Virus record (IMG/VR): IMGVR_UViG_3300026311_000001
Span: 1 to 64,000 of that record
Length of the DNA: 64,000 nucleotides
Reading direction: 5' to 3' (one strand)
Source: a virus
Positions 63,425 through 64,000 of the stretch are shown in pieces. The position numbers and the translations under genes are program-made. The notes under the pieces were generated by a model. The model was not told the origin of the DNA. It saw nothing but the letters and a program-made list of their open reading frames with translations, and did no database searches. How positions within the stretch are numbered: position 1 is the first letter of the stretch; the number at the start of each line of letters is the position of its first letter.

Positions 63425-63561
63425 CTTGTGCATAACGGCTGCGGGTATGACCAGTGGCGGATTACGAGTACAAAACTTTCAAAATACGATACAGAATGAA
63501 CGAAGCAAATAACTTTCAAATAGCAGAAAACCCGCCATTGGTTATACCCGATGTTAGCAAC
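63425..63561 (+). repeat. cassette junction element J15
   Basis: CTTGTGCATAAC (11 of 12 with 62405-62416), arms CGGGTATGACCAGTGGCGG / CCGCCATTGGTTATACCCG, ATG 63496 in the loop, then GTTAGCAAC. Confidence 0.7.
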
Positions 63562-64000
63562 TGCCCTTTTTCTATTGTCTTTAACGAGGATTGTGTGCAG
63601 GGTTTAAAACGCTTTGCAGATAATTACTTTGATTTGGCAATAGTTGACCCGCCTTATGGAATTGGAGCAGATAAAGCCCAAAATAACGCTGCTATGCAAA
63701 GAATAAAAGCAGAAGGTAAAAGCAAAGCTGGGAGAGGTTGGAAATTATACGCTGATACTGATTGGGATAATGAAATACCAACCTTTGAATATTGGGAGCA
63801 GTTGTTTAGGGTATCTAAAAATCAAATTGTGTGGGGTGGCAATTACTTTACGGAATATCTGCCCCCATCAATGGGTTGGGTAATGTGGGATAAAGGGCAA
63901 AGAGATTTTAGCCTTGCCGATGGGGAACTTGCATGGACAAGTTTTAACAAAGCCTTACGAATATTTGAAATGAGTAGAGGAAAGGCACTTGCTAAAAATA
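63496..64000 (+). CDS. DNA N6-adenine methyltransferase (partial, runs off window)
   Basis: FDLAIVDPPYGIGADK (motif IV) after a junction-encoded leader MNEANNFQIAENPPLVIPDVSNC. Confidence 0.8.
   Translation, partial: MNEANNFQIAENPPLVIPDVSNCPFSIVFNEDCVQGLKRFADNYFDLAIVDPPYGIGADKAQNNAAMQRIKAEGKSKAGRGWKLYADTDWDNEIPTFEYWEQLFRVSKNQIVWGGNYFTEYLPPSMGWVMWDKGQRDFSLADGELAWTSFNKALRIFEMSRGKALAKN

Larger units (their letters stand above)
55980..63561 (+). repeat. array of at least 15 gene cassettes delimited by attC-like junction elements
   Basis: See the individual junction features and findings. GTTA-box/TAAC-box pairs co-vary across each gene. Confidence 0.7.

Noticed and set aside
55980-63561. Labelling the cassette arrays a bona fide integron.
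   Set aside because: There is no IntI-like tyrosine recombinase, attI or Pc promoter in the window. The junction loops contain start codons and promoter-like motifs, and the boxes only loosely fit RYYYAAC/GTTRRRY. The array is described as integron-like topology, with the mechanism left open.
1-64000. Deciding between an integrated prophage and a free phage, and assigning att sites.
   Set aside because: No integrase, excisionase or flanking host housekeeping genes are visible in the window. The only att-like hint is the tRNA-like fragment, which is not enough evidence.

Overview
AT-rich (about 35% GC by eye) double-stranded DNA phage or prophage segment. The host is probably in Bacteroidota: TAnnTTTG -7 promoter boxes lie just upstream of many starts, there are no Shine-Dalgarno sites, and the signal peptides are Bacteroidota-style. 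Layout: (i) 1-6100, small minus-strand early genes. (ii) 6100-11400, a mostly non-coding and mobile-DNA island holding an omega-RNA-only mini IS, an XRE-HNH pair, an IS200-type TnpA, GIY-YIG, TnpB and IscB remnants, and a GroES homologue. (iii) 11550-22740, the plus-strand morphogenesis block: large terminase, portal, scaffold, major capsid. (iv) 22800-24700, an IS607-like TnpB element. (v) 24660-35310, the minus-strand lysis and fibre block: GH24 endolysin, membrane proteins, three large signal-peptide-bearing fibre-like proteins. (vi) 35370-43990, a phage-borne nucleotide-sugar and glycosyltransferase cluster: GDP-mannose 4,6-dehydratase, DegT-like aminotransferase, hexapeptide acetyltransferase, cupin, UDP-glucuronate decarboxylase, at least 4 GT2 enzymes. 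(vii) 43990-51740, replication genes interleaved with three more intact tnpB genes, IscB fragments and a 27-bp tandem-repeat gene. (viii) 51880-53890, an SSB and DnaA-C-like module. (ix) 54000-64000, plus-strand early genes with six orphan DNA methyltransferases. The most unusual signal is in blocks (i) and (ix). Every gene is bracketed by a structured repeat whose outer boxes (GTTAGCnnnn ... n'n'n'n'GCTAAC) co-vary across the gene, while the inner arms pair locally. This is the topology of integron attC cassettes, but it sits in a phage, there is no integrase in the window, and promoters or start codons lie inside the loops. All calls come from reading the sequence and recalling protein motifs. 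No database search was possible, so family names are motif-level inferences.
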